Below, one piece after another: positions 10,207-19,613 of a stretch of 64,000 bases of DNA. The translations under genes were made by a program, and so were the position numbers. Numbering within the stretch: the first letter of the stretch is position 1; each line of letters begins with the position of its first letter. The stretch spans positions 3,808,001 to 3,872,000 of the forward strand of contig OZ244561.1 of NCBI GenBank assembly GCA_965217585.1, given 5' to 3'. The DNA comes from Candidatus Latescibacterota bacterium (lineage in GTDB: Bacteria > Latescibacterota > UBA2968 > UBA8231). The notes under the pieces were generated by a model. It ran no database searches. It had not been told where the DNA came from and saw nothing but the letters and a program-made list of their open reading frames with translations.

Positions 10207-12366
10207 TCAGTACACCAATTCGACAACTCTAACCGCTCTTTCGCCGCCCGCATCGCTGGCCAGCGTTACGCGCACTAAGTAAATGCCCGGCGGCAGCGCG
10301 GCCCCGCTCCCATCCGCGCCGTCCCAAGGCATGGCGTATGAACCGCCGCCCTGGAAGCCGGAGAACAGCCGGCGCACCCGGCGTCCGGCCAAATCGACGA
10401 TTTCCACATCGACCGGTGCCGGGCTGACCAAACGGCTCAGATCGTAGTACACCTGCGTCGCATCGTTGATTCCATCGCCGTTGGGGCTGAAGGGCCGAGG
10501 GTCGGCGCGCACGTTGATCAGCAGGGCGCTGCCGCCAGCTAGCGGCACATCCACTGAAAGGCCCCGGTTCGTCTCCGTGCCAACAGCCACAATATCGTCG
10601 TCGCCGGGAGCCAACGCGGCCACGTTGCCGGCGACGACCTCCTGCCCCACATCCCCCCTATTGAAGGCAAAACCGGCGAACTTGGTGCCGTAGCGCAACA
10701 CGCGGCTGCGAAAGCGAATTTTGAGCTGGGCCGTCCGCCCGCTCGCCAGCTCGCTTTCGGCAATGAGGGGAAAGCGCACGCGAAAGCGGCGCGCATCGAC
10801 CGACTCAATGGCAAAGCGTCCGGTCTCGTCGGTAGCCGGCAGCGCGGAAAGATCGGCCGTTGAAAAGTCCGCTACCTCAACCTGCCCATCGGCATCGACG
10901 ACTTCAATGGACTCAATGACCTCTACTCGCACCGGCGTGGCGATTTCAAAACCGTCAAAGCCCGTATCTACGCCTATCCGAATGGAAGTCGGCATCACCG
11001 CATAGACGAAATCCACCGGCTTGCCCAAATCGACCTGACGCGGAAAGATCTCTCCGAGAATCTGCGCAGCCGGCGGCGGCGTAGCCACGGTAAAGGCCAG
11101 CGGGCCGATGCCTGTGGCCGCCTCCAAGTCCTCGCTGAGAAAGTCGATGCGGAACTGGATGTACCGCCTCGGCCCGGGCGAGACAATCGGCACGCCCAAT
11201 TGGCTATCCTCGATCTCTGCCTCAGTCAACAGGGTCCCTAATTCGTAGGGCGAGGACCACGGGCTCCAAGCGTCTAGGTCGGCCACCACATTGCCCCGCT
11301 CGGCACCCAAGCCCTTGTAATCGTCCAGCGACAGCGAGATGGCGTTGCGCTCCTCCAGCGGCAGCGCGCCAAAGAGTGCGCGCGCCCTCTCCAGATCGAC
11401 TTGGTCGAGATTGACCTCGCCGCCCTCGGTCTCAAGCGTGGCATTCTTTTTCCACGGCACCTCGACTTGGACCCCCTCAAAGAAGAAGCGCCGAGTATAA
11501 ACTAAAGGGGTGTCGTCCAAGCCGGTGCGGGTGCGCACGCGCGCGTTGGCGAAACCAGCCGGACCGACGCTTTCCTCCACCCAGCGAATGGTCCCCCACA
11601 AGCCCAAATCTGGGCTGAGATCGAATATGTTGGATACGTATTCGGCCGTGGGCACGAAGCCGGTGCCAAAGACGCGGAACTCGGCGATCTCAAAACCGTT
11701 GCTGGTGCGCGACTGCAAGCGGATGAAGCGCACAAATTGCGGGGGAATGCTCAGATCGACCAGCGCGTCCTGGTTGGCAGCATTCAACCGAAACGAGCGC
11801 CATTCCGGGCCGCCCGCGCCTTGCGTCTCCTCGCTGCCGTCGTTGAAAAACAGCTCGTAGCCGCGGATGAAGTCCTCTTGGAAAGGCGCGGCGGGAAAAT
11901 CCGGGTGGCCATTGCGCGGGAAGAACTGGACGCGATTGACTCCAAAGCGAGCGCCTAGGTCGAAGTCCATGGCCATGCCGCGAATGACGGCCACGTTCTT
12001 GCGCTCCAATGCCGTTTTGCCGTCGCCGTCGATCATCGTCTCTAGCTGCGACTCAATGCCCGCTTCGAGGACCGTCGGCGAGATAACCGAGCCGCCGCGC
12101 CCAAGTATGCCGAGCGCTAGATTGGTGCCCTCGACGACGTTCTGCGGAAAAATCCACCCCACCCGACCCTCGGGATCGAAATCGATCACACCGCCCGGGG
12201 TGTTGCCGCTCTCAACAGCTCTGGCCCCGGTCGGGAAAATCGCCTGTATCTGGCCCCCGCCGTCTTGCCAAGACGATCCGCTCGCGCCGCCGATGGCAAT
12301 GCTCCGCGTCTCGGCGGTGCCTTGCAATGCCGCTAGCAACAGCAGCGCGATCGGCAACCAGTACAT
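10207..12366 (-). CDS. Exported protein with discoidin (F5/8C, CBM32)-like domain and C-terminal FlgD-Ig/CHU_C-like domain
   Basis: ATG at 12366 (MYWLPIALLLLAA) with GGAGG RBS. MIDGDGKT...FDLGARFGVNRVQF...FEIAEFRVFG; tail FSPNGDGIND...IVDLAGRRVR...WDGADGSG...PGIY. Confidence 0.75.
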   Translation of the reverse strand: MYWLPIALLLLAALQGTAETRSIAIGGASGSSWQDGGGQIQAIFPTGARAVESGNTPGGVIDFDPEGRVGWIFPQNVVEGTNLALGILGRGGSVISPTVLEAGIESQLETMIDGDGKTALERKNVAVIRGMAMDFDLGARFGVNRVQFFPRNGHPDFPAAPFQEDFIRGYELFFNDGSEETQGAGGPEWRSFRLNAANQDALVDLSIPPQFVRFIRLQSRTSNGFEIAEFRVFGTGFVPTAEYVSNIFDLSPDLGLWGTIRWVEESVGPAGFANARVRTRTGLDDTPLVYTRRFFFEGVQVEVPWKKNATLETEGGEVNLDQVDLERARALFGALPLEERNAISLSLDDYKGLGAERGNVVADLDAWSPWSSPYELGTLLTEAEIEDSQLGVPIVSPGPRRYIQFRIDFLSEDLEAATGIGPLAFTVATPPPAAQILGEIFPRQVDLGKPVDFVYAVMPTSIRIGVDTGFDGFEIATPVRVEVIESIEVVDADGQVEVADFSTADLSALPATDETGRFAIESVDARRFRVRFPLIAESELASGRTAQLKIRFRSRVLRYGTKFAGFAFNRGDVGQEVVAGNVAALAPGDDDIVAVGTETNRGLSVDVPLAGGSALLINVRADPRPFSPNGDGINDATQVYYDLSRLVSPAPVDVEIVDLAGRRVRRLFSGFQGGGSYAMPWDGADGSGAALPPGIYLVRVTLASDAGGERAVRVVELVY

Positions 12367-12377
12367 CGCAACCTCCC

Positions 12378-14870
12378 TCAATACACCACGTGAACGAGGT
12401 GGTGCCGCGCGGTGCGCTCCACGCGCGAGTCGTCGTTGGGCACCACTTCTACCTCTAGCAGATATAGTCCAGGGAGGACCAGTGCGCCGGATTGATCTTC
12501 GCACGACCAGCGCAGGGCGTACTCGCCGCTGACCAAGGGCCGCGTCTCCTGCCAGTGCCGCACCAGCCGGCCGGCTAGGTCGTAAATCCGCACGTGGAGC
12601 GGCTGGGTGCCGGTCAGCTTAGTGACCGCGAATGAGAACGCCAACTCGTCGTTGATCCCATCCCCATTCGGCGTCGCGACCCCACTGCCAATGTTCAGGT
12701 CGCCCAGCACGTGGCGGCCGCCTTCTGGACCTACCAACAGCATCCCCTGCCCGGTCGCCAACTCCGTTGCATCCGCTGGATCAACCCGCTGCCAGGAGTT
12801 CTCAAGGGCCGAATGCCCCAACGACGCCTTGAACACAGCACCGGGCAAGTAGAGGGCGGTGGCGAATTGTACCTCAATCAGATCGGCTGCGGACGGGGCG
12901 ACGACCTCGCTTAACCGCACCCACAAAGAGTCTGGGGCGGTCGCCACCACTTCTGCTGAGGCCGCTAGTTCCGCGCTGTCCCATTGGGCCTCGCGCCCCA
13001 GCCGCAGTCCGCGGAACTCCAGTACCATGTTGTCCGGTGCCCTTATCTGCACCTCGTCAAACCCCGCGCTCTGGGAAGCAAAGCTCGGTTTGATGAAAAG
13101 CGAAAGCTCCTGCTCCTTGCCCAACGCGCCCACGACGCTGGGTTCGATCTCGCCCAAAAGCTGGCTGGCCAACGGCTCGACGAAGTTGAGCCGAATGGAG
13201 CGCAGTTCGGCCGCGCGGTGCGGGTCGTCCGAGAGCAAGCGGGCCTTGAGCTCCAGAAATTGGCGCGGGCTTGGCGAAGTGATCGCCGCGCCCGAGGCCT
13301 CGTAGGGCAAGCTCCACGCGCTCCAGTCGGCTCCAGGGGCTTCCGTCGTGTCGATCCGCCCCTTGCTGAAAAAGCCCAAGCCGGCGTATGCCTCGGCCGA
13401 AACTTCGGCACCGCCGCTGTTGAAGTAGCTATACTCTTCGACCAACTCGCTGCCCGTGCGCGTCTGAATTTCGACAAAGGTCCCCAAATCGGCGTCTCCA
13501 TCCCATTCAATCGAGACCAAGTTTTTCGAGCCGCCCAAGCGGATGAGCGGCGAAACCAACTCGACCTCCGGCTGGAAACCCTCTCCGTAGAACTGCACCT
13601 CGCGCGGCTTGAACTGACCGCCTCCCCAGAACAAAATTCGCGCAAAGCGCGTTCGCGCCGGCGCGAACGTATCCACGTCGTACACATCTTCGGTCGTGTG
13701 GGCGGAAGTGGCGCGATTGCGATGCGAGGCCTGCGTCGTCCACACCAGCGAGCCGTCCGCAGCCAGCGAGCCGTCTGAAGTCTGCAAGTCGTAATTGGGA
13801 AAGCGGCTGCGCTGGCGGTCGTAGTAAATCTGGTGCCGGTCGATCCAGAAGAAAGAGCCTAAGTCGAAGAATAATTCCCGTATCTCGTCGGTGCTGGTAA
13901 AGGCCAAGGACGTCTCAAAGATGCCGTCGAAGAAGGCCGTCGCGGGCGCGTTGTCCAAGAAAGTGAGCAACGCGACGCCTCTGCGCTCCACCAAGCCCAG
14001 CGAGATGTTTTCCCCGAGCGTCTGGACCTCCAGCTCGGCCAGCCGCGGCCGCTCGCGGCGGTAGCGGCGGATCTCACCGCGCAACGCGGAGTCAACCACC
14101 TCGTACGTGGCCTCGCTCACCTGCACTTGGCCCGCACCGGCCTTTTTGTAAAAATCCACCGCGCCCCGATCCGCAGCCGCTAGCTGGTCGTATTGTTCAG
14201 CCGACACCTCGGCGGCTCGCGTGCTATCCGTGTCGGTGATCGTCATGCGCACGAAGCGGATGTAGTCGCTCGCCATGCGCCCGTCTATGTCAAAGCGCGT
14301 GGGGCCCAGCTCGATTGCAAATTCTCGTTGATCCTTGTTCGACTGCAAAGTGCGGAAGACTTGGTTGAATTTGCGCTGGCCTTTCGTCACCTCGTCTCCG
14401 TCCGAGGTCAAGACCACGAATTGCAGGAAGGGATCGCCTAGCTCCCCGCCGACGAATTTGAGCCGGATGTGGGTGGCCGCCACCAGCCGCCCCAAATCGA
14501 CCTCGAACCACCATTGGCGCAGCGGGCTTGCCGGATCGGGTTCCCAATAGGTGCTCAAGTCTCCGTCGAAAAGGTGAACCAGATCTGCGGCCCGAGTGCC
14601 CGCGTTGAGGGCGTCGCGCAGGGTCGCGTCCTCCGAGTCCTTGCCGCGCTTGATAAACGCCGCGATGTCTGACGTTGCCAGTATGTTCTTGGGCACGAAG
14701 TGAGGACGCACGGCCCCGGTTTCGTCGATGTCGAGCGTGCCGGCGGGAAAAGTCCACTGCTGCCAGTGCGTCTGCCGATCGACGACGACCTTATTCCCGG
14801 CGATGGTATGGCCCTGTCCCCAGGCGGCGACAACGCCCAATATGCTCAGCAGCAACGCAGCATTCAACAT
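12378..14870 (-). CDS. Exported protein with two discoidin-like domains and C-terminal FlgD-Ig/CHU_C-like domain
   Basis: Signal peptide; LFDGDLSTYWE...VDLGRLV; FFDGIFETS...FDLGSFFWID; tail TPNGDGIND...IYDLAGRLVR...PGLY. Confidence 0.75.
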   Translation of the reverse strand: MLNAALLLSILGVVAAWGQGHTIAGNKVVVDRQTHWQQWTFPAGTLDIDETGAVRPHFVPKNILATSDIAAFIKRGKDSEDATLRDALNAGTRAADLVHLFDGDLSTYWEPDPASPLRQWWFEVDLGRLVAATHIRLKFVGGELGDPFLQFVVLTSDGDEVTKGQRKFNQVFRTLQSNKDQREFAIELGPTRFDIDGRMASDYIRFVRMTITDTDSTRAAEVSAEQYDQLAAADRGAVDFYKKAGAGQVQVSEATYEVVDSALRGEIRRYRRERPRLAELEVQTLGENISLGLVERRGVALLTFLDNAPATAFFDGIFETSLAFTSTDEIRELFFDLGSFFWIDRHQIYYDRQRSRFPNYDLQTSDGSLAADGSLVWTTQASHRNRATSAHTTEDVYDVDTFAPARTRFARILFWGGGQFKPREVQFYGEGFQPEVELVSPLIRLGGSKNLVSIEWDGDADLGTFVEIQTRTGSELVEEYSYFNSGGAEVSAEAYAGLGFFSKGRIDTTEAPGADWSAWSLPYEASGAAITSPSPRQFLELKARLLSDDPHRAAELRSIRLNFVEPLASQLLGEIEPSVVGALGKEQELSLFIKPSFASQSAGFDEVQIRAPDNMVLEFRGLRLGREAQWDSAELAASAEVVATAPDSLWVRLSEVVAPSAADLIEVQFATALYLPGAVFKASLGHSALENSWQRVDPADATELATGQGMLLVGPEGGRHVLGDLNIGSGVATPNGDGINDELAFSFAVTKLTGTQPLHVRIYDLAGRLVRHWQETRPLVSGEYALRWSCEDQSGALVLPGLYLLEVEVVPNDDSRVERTARHHLVHVVY

Positions 14871-14882
14871 GGCCCCTGCTCC

Positions 14883-16829
14883 TCAATAGGCGACGGCAAT
14901 GGGCCGCATTTGCACTTGGCGCTCCCCACCGCTCTCGACCTCGACTTGGCAGATGTACAGACCGGGGGCGACCTGCTGGCCGGCCTCGTCGCGCCCGTCC
15001 CATTGACGCGGATGTCGTCCCGCGCCATCGACGTCTGAGTACACGCGCCGCACCAAGCGGCCGCTCAAATCCCGCACCAGCACCTCCACCGGCACCGGCT
15101 CGGTCACTTTGAGCAGCTCGTAGGCAATCTCCACTTGGTCGTTGATCTGGTCGCCGTTGGGCGTAAACGCCTCGGTGCTCAGCGACACGGCCCCTAAGAC
15201 CTTATCGTCTAGGGTCATCGCCTGCACCAAAAGTTGATTGCCGTCCACTAGCTCGCTGGCCTCGCCGGCGGCCACGAGCTGCCCGATCTCCCCCGGCGCT
15301 GTGCTGTCGATCACCCGACCTTCAAAAATTGCGCCAAAGCGGAAAATTTCGGCGCGCACATCCACTTCGAGCAGCTCGCCGCTGCGCGCGACATCCAGCC
15401 GCGGGAAACCCAACATTACGCCGGCCACCTCGGCCACGGCACTGAAATCCGCCACGGGTGCGCCGCTGAGGCGCACGGCCTCCACGCCGACGATCCGGCC
15501 ACCGACCAAGCTCAGGTCCAACCCGTCAAATCCTTGGTCGCCGGGTTCAATCGTCGGGCGCAATGCATAGGTGAACGTGCGTTCCTCAGCCACTGCCGCT
15601 TGCCAAGGATCGACCTCGCCGACTAAGGCGGTCACCAAGCGCGGGGAAACGGCGAATTCGAGATAGTCGAGCTGGCCGCCAGCTTGGCCGAAGGATTTGA
15701 ATGCTATCCCAAACTGCACGTAGCGGTGGGAGCGCGTCGCCCGCAGGGCTACGCCCGCGCTGTCGGCGAATTCGTACGGCGACGACCACAGCTCCCATTG
15801 GGCGGTGTCGTCGGTGATGGCCCCGCGCACGATCGGCCCCAAGCGGCTATAGCTTTTGCGGGTCAGCAGCTTGCCGTCCTCGCCAAAGGGTACCTGCTCG
15901 TCGCCGCGGAAGGTCTTGCGCCAGTACACGAGCGGTGTCTCGTCACCACCGGCGCGAGAGCGGATCTCCACTTGCGCCCCTTCGTCCCGCCGCCCTCCCC
16001 AGCGCACCCAGCCCAAATTGGCGAATTCGCCTAGGTCGAGAACGTTGGACTGGTGCGAGGCCGAGCCTTGGAAACCGCCGCCGTACACCTCCAGCTCAGC
16101 CAAGTCCCATATCTCATTTTGGGGCATCACGTGAATCATCAAATAGCGGATGGGCGTCCCGTCTAGCTCAATGTCGAGCTGCGGATCTTTGTTTTCCAGG
16201 ATTTCCGCGACCACCTTTAGCTCAATGCCCTTTTGTTGCTTGGGATCCAGCGACCTACCGAGCGCACTCGTTCCGACGAATTCAATCTCATCAACGCCAC
16301 CCCCGGCCTCGGTCTGCGCGGCGACGATGACGTGGGCGACCGAGCGCTCGCTGCCTGCCTGCGGGATAAAGCGGACCAACCGCGTCGCAAAGTCGCCGCC
16401 GAGGTCAAAGAACAAAGCCGTGCCGTGGAAGTTATGAGCGTGTTCCCTAGGACGAGTCTCTAAGAAAAACGTCGTCGGGTCCCCGTCGATCACCAACCGC
16501 AACTCGTCGCCGACATCTTCAAAACCATTGTACGCGCCGTGCTGAAAATTGCCGCTGACCCCGCTCAAGGTCGTCGCCATATTATCGCCCTCGTTGTAGA
16601 AAAACGGCGTGATCTGCTCACTGAGCGCGAGCCCAAAGCTCTGGCCGCCGAGATTCTTGTCTAAGTCGGCCCAGCTCAACTGGCGAAACTCAGCACCGGC
16701 CTCCACCTCGGCCGGAGGCGGCAGGCCCTCGCCGCCGATGCGATAGACGACCAAGGCCGCGCTTGGCTGGACGCCGATCAAAGCCAACAGGGCCGCGATG
16801 AGCCACGTCGTGCGCTGCAATTCTTTCAC
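14883..16829 (-). CDS. Exported protein with discoidin-like domain and C-terminal FlgD-Ig/CHU_C-like domain
   Basis: GTG start with GGAGG RBS; signal peptide; VIDGDPTTFF...FDLGG...LAELEVYG; tail FTPNGDQIND...DLSGRLVR...WDGRDEAG...PGLY. Confidence 0.75.
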   Translation of the reverse strand: MKELQRTTWLIAALLALIGVQPSAALVVYRIGGEGLPPPAEVEAGAEFRQLSWADLDKNLGGQSFGLALSEQITPFFYNEGDNMATTLSGVSGNFQHGAYNGFEDVGDELRLVIDGDPTTFFLETRPREHAHNFHGTALFFDLGGDFATRLVRFIPQAGSERSVAHVIVAAQTEAGGGVDEIEFVGTSALGRSLDPKQQKGIELKVVAEILENKDPQLDIELDGTPIRYLMIHVMPQNEIWDLAELEVYGGGFQGSASHQSNVLDLGEFANLGWVRWGGRRDEGAQVEIRSRAGGDETPLVYWRKTFRGDEQVPFGEDGKLLTRKSYSRLGPIVRGAITDDTAQWELWSSPYEFADSAGVALRATRSHRYVQFGIAFKSFGQAGGQLDYLEFAVSPRLVTALVGEVDPWQAAVAEERTFTYALRPTIEPGDQGFDGLDLSLVGGRIVGVEAVRLSGAPVADFSAVAEVAGVMLGFPRLDVARSGELLEVDVRAEIFRFGAIFEGRVIDSTAPGEIGQLVAAGEASELVDGNQLLVQAMTLDDKVLGAVSLSTEAFTPNGDQINDQVEIAYELLKVTEPVPVEVLVRDLSGRLVRRVYSDVDGAGRHPRQWDGRDEAGQQVAPGLYICQVEVESGGERQVQMRPIAVAY

Positions 16830-16847
16830 AATGGCACCTCCAAGAAG

Positions 16848-16878
16848 AAGGGGGGATGGAACTAGCCCATCCCCCCTT
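16848..16878. terminator. Intra-operon stem-loop (partial terminator or mRNA-stabilising hairpin)
   Basis: Perfect 12-bp inverted repeat AAGGGGGGATGG-N7-CCATCCCCCCTT between the first and second operon genes; no long U-tract. Confidence 0.6.
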
Positions 16879-16904
16879 GTCCTTCCATCCTAGACACTGC
16901 CCGC

Positions 16905-17855
16905 TTACTGGACGTAGGCAGACTTGATGCGACCCCAGCTATTCTCCTCGACCGCGCTCTCGATCGCGCTGAAATCGACGCGCGGATCAACGGGTGCCAG
17001 CAGGAAATCCGTAGCCGAAGCCGTGGTTTTCCACACGTCGCTGGCTCCCGAAAGGGACCACTGGCCAGAGTGCTCGGTATCTTGGCCAACGCCGCCATCG
17101 GCACCGGCTACATCGCTGTCGAAGACCGCCCAGCCCAAGCCGGTGATCTCGCCTTCGTTGTAGTCGTGGATGACGCTGCCGTCTGGGTCGTTGAAGAGAA
17201 AGTCATCCCAGGATTGGCGCCGCACCTCGATAAAGGCCGTGGCCTCGCCACCGCCAATTTGGCCGTCCAAGCGGAAGCCGTGGTCGGCGTAGGGCAGCTC
17301 GTCGTGCCACTGCGCTTGGGTCATCCAAAACCACGACCAACTCTCTTGGCCATCGGGACCGAGGTTCGGGAAGCGGGTGTGGTAGGACTGCGCCCAGCGG
17401 CCTTGGGCCAAGGTGCGCTCTTCCTCGTCTTCTATGTCGCCGGTGCCGAAGCGCATCTGCTCGCCTCCGTGGTCGCCATCGACGTGCATTTCCCAGCTAT
17501 CGTCGCCGCCGGCCACGCCGCCTTGGGCGTCGCGATCGTAGAAGTCGTCAAAGCGCTCCATCATGAGGTAGATGCTATTGGTCGACTCGCTCCAGCCAAC
17601 GATGGTGCGGAAGTTCAAGTCGCCGAAATCGGCCGGCTTTTCGCCGTTGAACTCGGTGTGCTCGGCAAAGGCAATCGAGTAGTCCTCGGGCACGATCGAC
17701 CATTCGGACAGATCGCCGTCCAGCGTTGGCTCAAGGCCCGCCGGCCACTGGAAAGCCGTGCGCACAGCGCCCTCGGGCACGTGCGCCGTAGCCGGAGCAA
17801 CGACGCCCACGCACAGGGCCAGTGCGAGCAAAACAGTGATTTTTTTCAAAATCAT
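16905..17855 (-). CDS. Exported CBM9/DOMON-like sugar-binding protein with C-terminal 'AVEENSWGRIK' motif
   Basis: Signal peptide; PTLDGDLSEW, VGWS...IYL, DSWEMHVDGDH, GWAVFDSD. AAGGAGG spacing suggests the true start is TTG at 17849 (MKKITV). Confidence 0.65.
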   Translation of the reverse strand: MILKKITVLLALALCVGVVAPATAHVPEGAVRTAFQWPAGLEPTLDGDLSEWSIVPEDYSIAFAEHTEFNGEKPADFGDLNFRTIVGWSESTNSIYLMMERFDDFYDRDAQGGVAGGDDSWEMHVDGDHGGEQMRFGTGDIEDEEERTLAQGRWAQSYHTRFPNLGPDGQESWSWFWMTQAQWHDELPYADHGFRLDGQIGGGEATAFIEVRRQSWDDFLFNDPDGSVIHDYNEGEITGLGWAVFDSDVAGADGGVGQDTEHSGQWSLSGASDVWKTTASATDFLLAPVDPRVDFSAIESAVEENSWGRIKSAYVQ

Positions 17856-17897
17856 CCTCCTTGGTTTTAGTTAAAACGCCCGCTACAGTGGGGCATA

Positions 17898-17926
17898 GTA
17901 TTATAATGAAAATGCTTTCGTTGCAC
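17898..17926 (-). promoter_or_regulatory. Putative sigma70-type promoter of the envelope operon
   Basis: AT-rich intergenic stretch; the minus strand reads GTGCAA...TATAATAC about 45 bp upstream of the first gene. Confidence 0.35.
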
Positions 17927-17972
17927 TGCACTTACTTTGGTAACGACCTCCTTTCTCTTGTGAGGTTGTAAT

Positions 17973-19496
17973 CTACTGAAGTGTTCGCAAATGCTCAATG
18001 CGGCTCTGAGCTGCCGCCAGTACCTTCTCGTCGCCGCGCCAGTGCCGGACAAAGGCCCCGTAAGCGAGGCGCGCCGCCGCGGCTTCACCCTGTTGCTCGT
18101 AGGCTTGGCCCAGCGCGTAGTGGGAGCGCGCATGAGTGGAATCGCGCCGCACTACCTCCTCGAACTGGGCAATGGCCTCCGCCAAGGACTCGCGCCGGGC
18201 CAAGGCCATGCCCAATCCGTAGTACGCGTCGCGCAGCTCGGCGTCGCAGGCGAGGGCGGCCCGATAGGCGCTGATAGCTTTTTCCAAATCGCCCTGCAGG
18301 GCATACACATTGCCCAAGGCATTGTGTGCCTTGGCGTAGCAGGCGTCGATGTCCAAGGCGCGGGAAAACGCGGCCTCGGCCTCGGCCCAACGCTGCTTTT
18401 GCGCGTGGGCAAAGCCCATGGTAAAGTGCGCTTCAGGCGCGCGCCGACCACGCGGCTCGTGCGCCGCGATTTTGCCGGCCAAGTGCGCGGCGCGCTCGAC
18501 ATCGCCCTGCCGCAGGTGGATTTGGACCACCGCAGCCAGCGCGTCAACGTGCTCGGGCTCGCGGCTGAGCACCTCCTTGTACGTGCTCAGCGCGTCTGCG
18601 TATTGCCCCAAGCGCGTCTGCGCTCGGCCCAGCGCCAAGCGCGCCTCCACATTGTCGGGCTCTCTCTCTAGCACCTTTTCCAAGGTCTCTTCCCGATCCG
18701 CCAAGTCGAGTAGCCCCTCTAGGCGTGCGAGCATGGCTTCGGCTTCGTCGTAGCGGCCCTGGGCCGAATACAAATTCGCCAAATCGTGGTACGCCTCGCC
18801 GTAGTTGGCGTCGAGCGCCACGGCCCGGTTGAGCGCCTGCGCTGCTTCGTCGTACCGCTTCTCGTTCAGGTAGAGCCGTCCTATGTCTCGCCAGATTTCT
18901 TTGCGCTCCGGTGCCAACTCGGCCGCTTCCACCAAAACCTCTTCCGCGCGCTCATTGCGGCCCTGCTGGCTGTAGAGCAAGGCTAGGGCCTGCCGCGCTT
19001 CTACGTCTTTTGGGGCGATGTAAAGCGCTTTCAGCAGGGCCTCTTCGGCGCGCTCGTATTGCCCCTGCTCTTTGTGCAAGAAGGCCAACAAGCGATACGA
19101 GCTAGGCGATTGAGGATCGAAGCGCAGCGCGGTTTCCGCCGCCTCTACGGCCTGTGGGTAGCGGCCTGCTTCGAGGTGGGCGATGGCCAAGTTGTGATAG
19201 GAGGGAATGTACGTCGAATCCAGCGCAATGGCCCGTGCAAAGTGCGCGGCCGCAGCCGTGCTCTTGCGCTGCAAATGCGCCAAGCCTAAGTAAAAGTGCG
19301 CGTCACGGGACAGCGAATCACGGCGGACGGCCTCTTGGTACACGGCCGCGGCTTGGTCGTACTGGCCCTGATCCAAATAGGCCCTCCCCACCGCGAGCAG
19401 TGGGTCGCCCGTGGGCGAATCTTGCCGCACTTCGCCGCATCCTCCGATTGAGAGGAGGGCGAGTAGGGCGATGCGATCCACGGGCGAGAAGGGCAT
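17973..19496 (-). CDS. Tetratricopeptide-repeat (lipo)protein
   Basis: More than 10 TPR units (e.g. AHNALGNVYALQGDLEKAISAYRAAL); lipobox-like SIGGC. Confidence 0.85.
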   Translation of the reverse strand: MPFSPVDRIALLALLSIGGCGEVRQDSPTGDPLLAVGRAYLDQGQYDQAAAVYQEAVRRDSLSRDAHFYLGLAHLQRKSTAAAAHFARAIALDSTYIPSYHNLAIAHLEAGRYPQAVEAAETALRFDPQSPSSYRLLAFLHKEQGQYERAEEALLKALYIAPKDVEARQALALLYSQQGRNERAEEVLVEAAELAPERKEIWRDIGRLYLNEKRYDEAAQALNRAVALDANYGEAYHDLANLYSAQGRYDEAEAMLARLEGLLDLADREETLEKVLEREPDNVEARLALGRAQTRLGQYADALSTYKEVLSREPEHVDALAAVVQIHLRQGDVERAAHLAGKIAAHEPRGRRAPEAHFTMGFAHAQKQRWAEAEAAFSRALDIDACYAKAHNALGNVYALQGDLEKAISAYRAALACDAELRDAYYGLGMALARRESLAEAIAQFEEVVRRDSTHARSHYALGQAYEQQGEAAAARLAYGAFVRHWRGDEKVLAAAQSRIEHLRTLQ

Positions 19497-19613
19497 GTCG
19501 CAGATTCTCTCCGGAACCAGAGTGGCGATTATAAACGTTGCAAGTGCTTGTCGTACAAGTAGTATATATGTACATAGCCAAAAACTAAGTCAAGAAAGAA
19601 AGAGCCTAGCAAT

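Noticed and set aside
10207-16829. Flagellar interpretation of the FlgD-like domains
   Set aside because: Only the generic Ig-like tail is present, on Sec-exported proteins, with no flagellar genes nearby.
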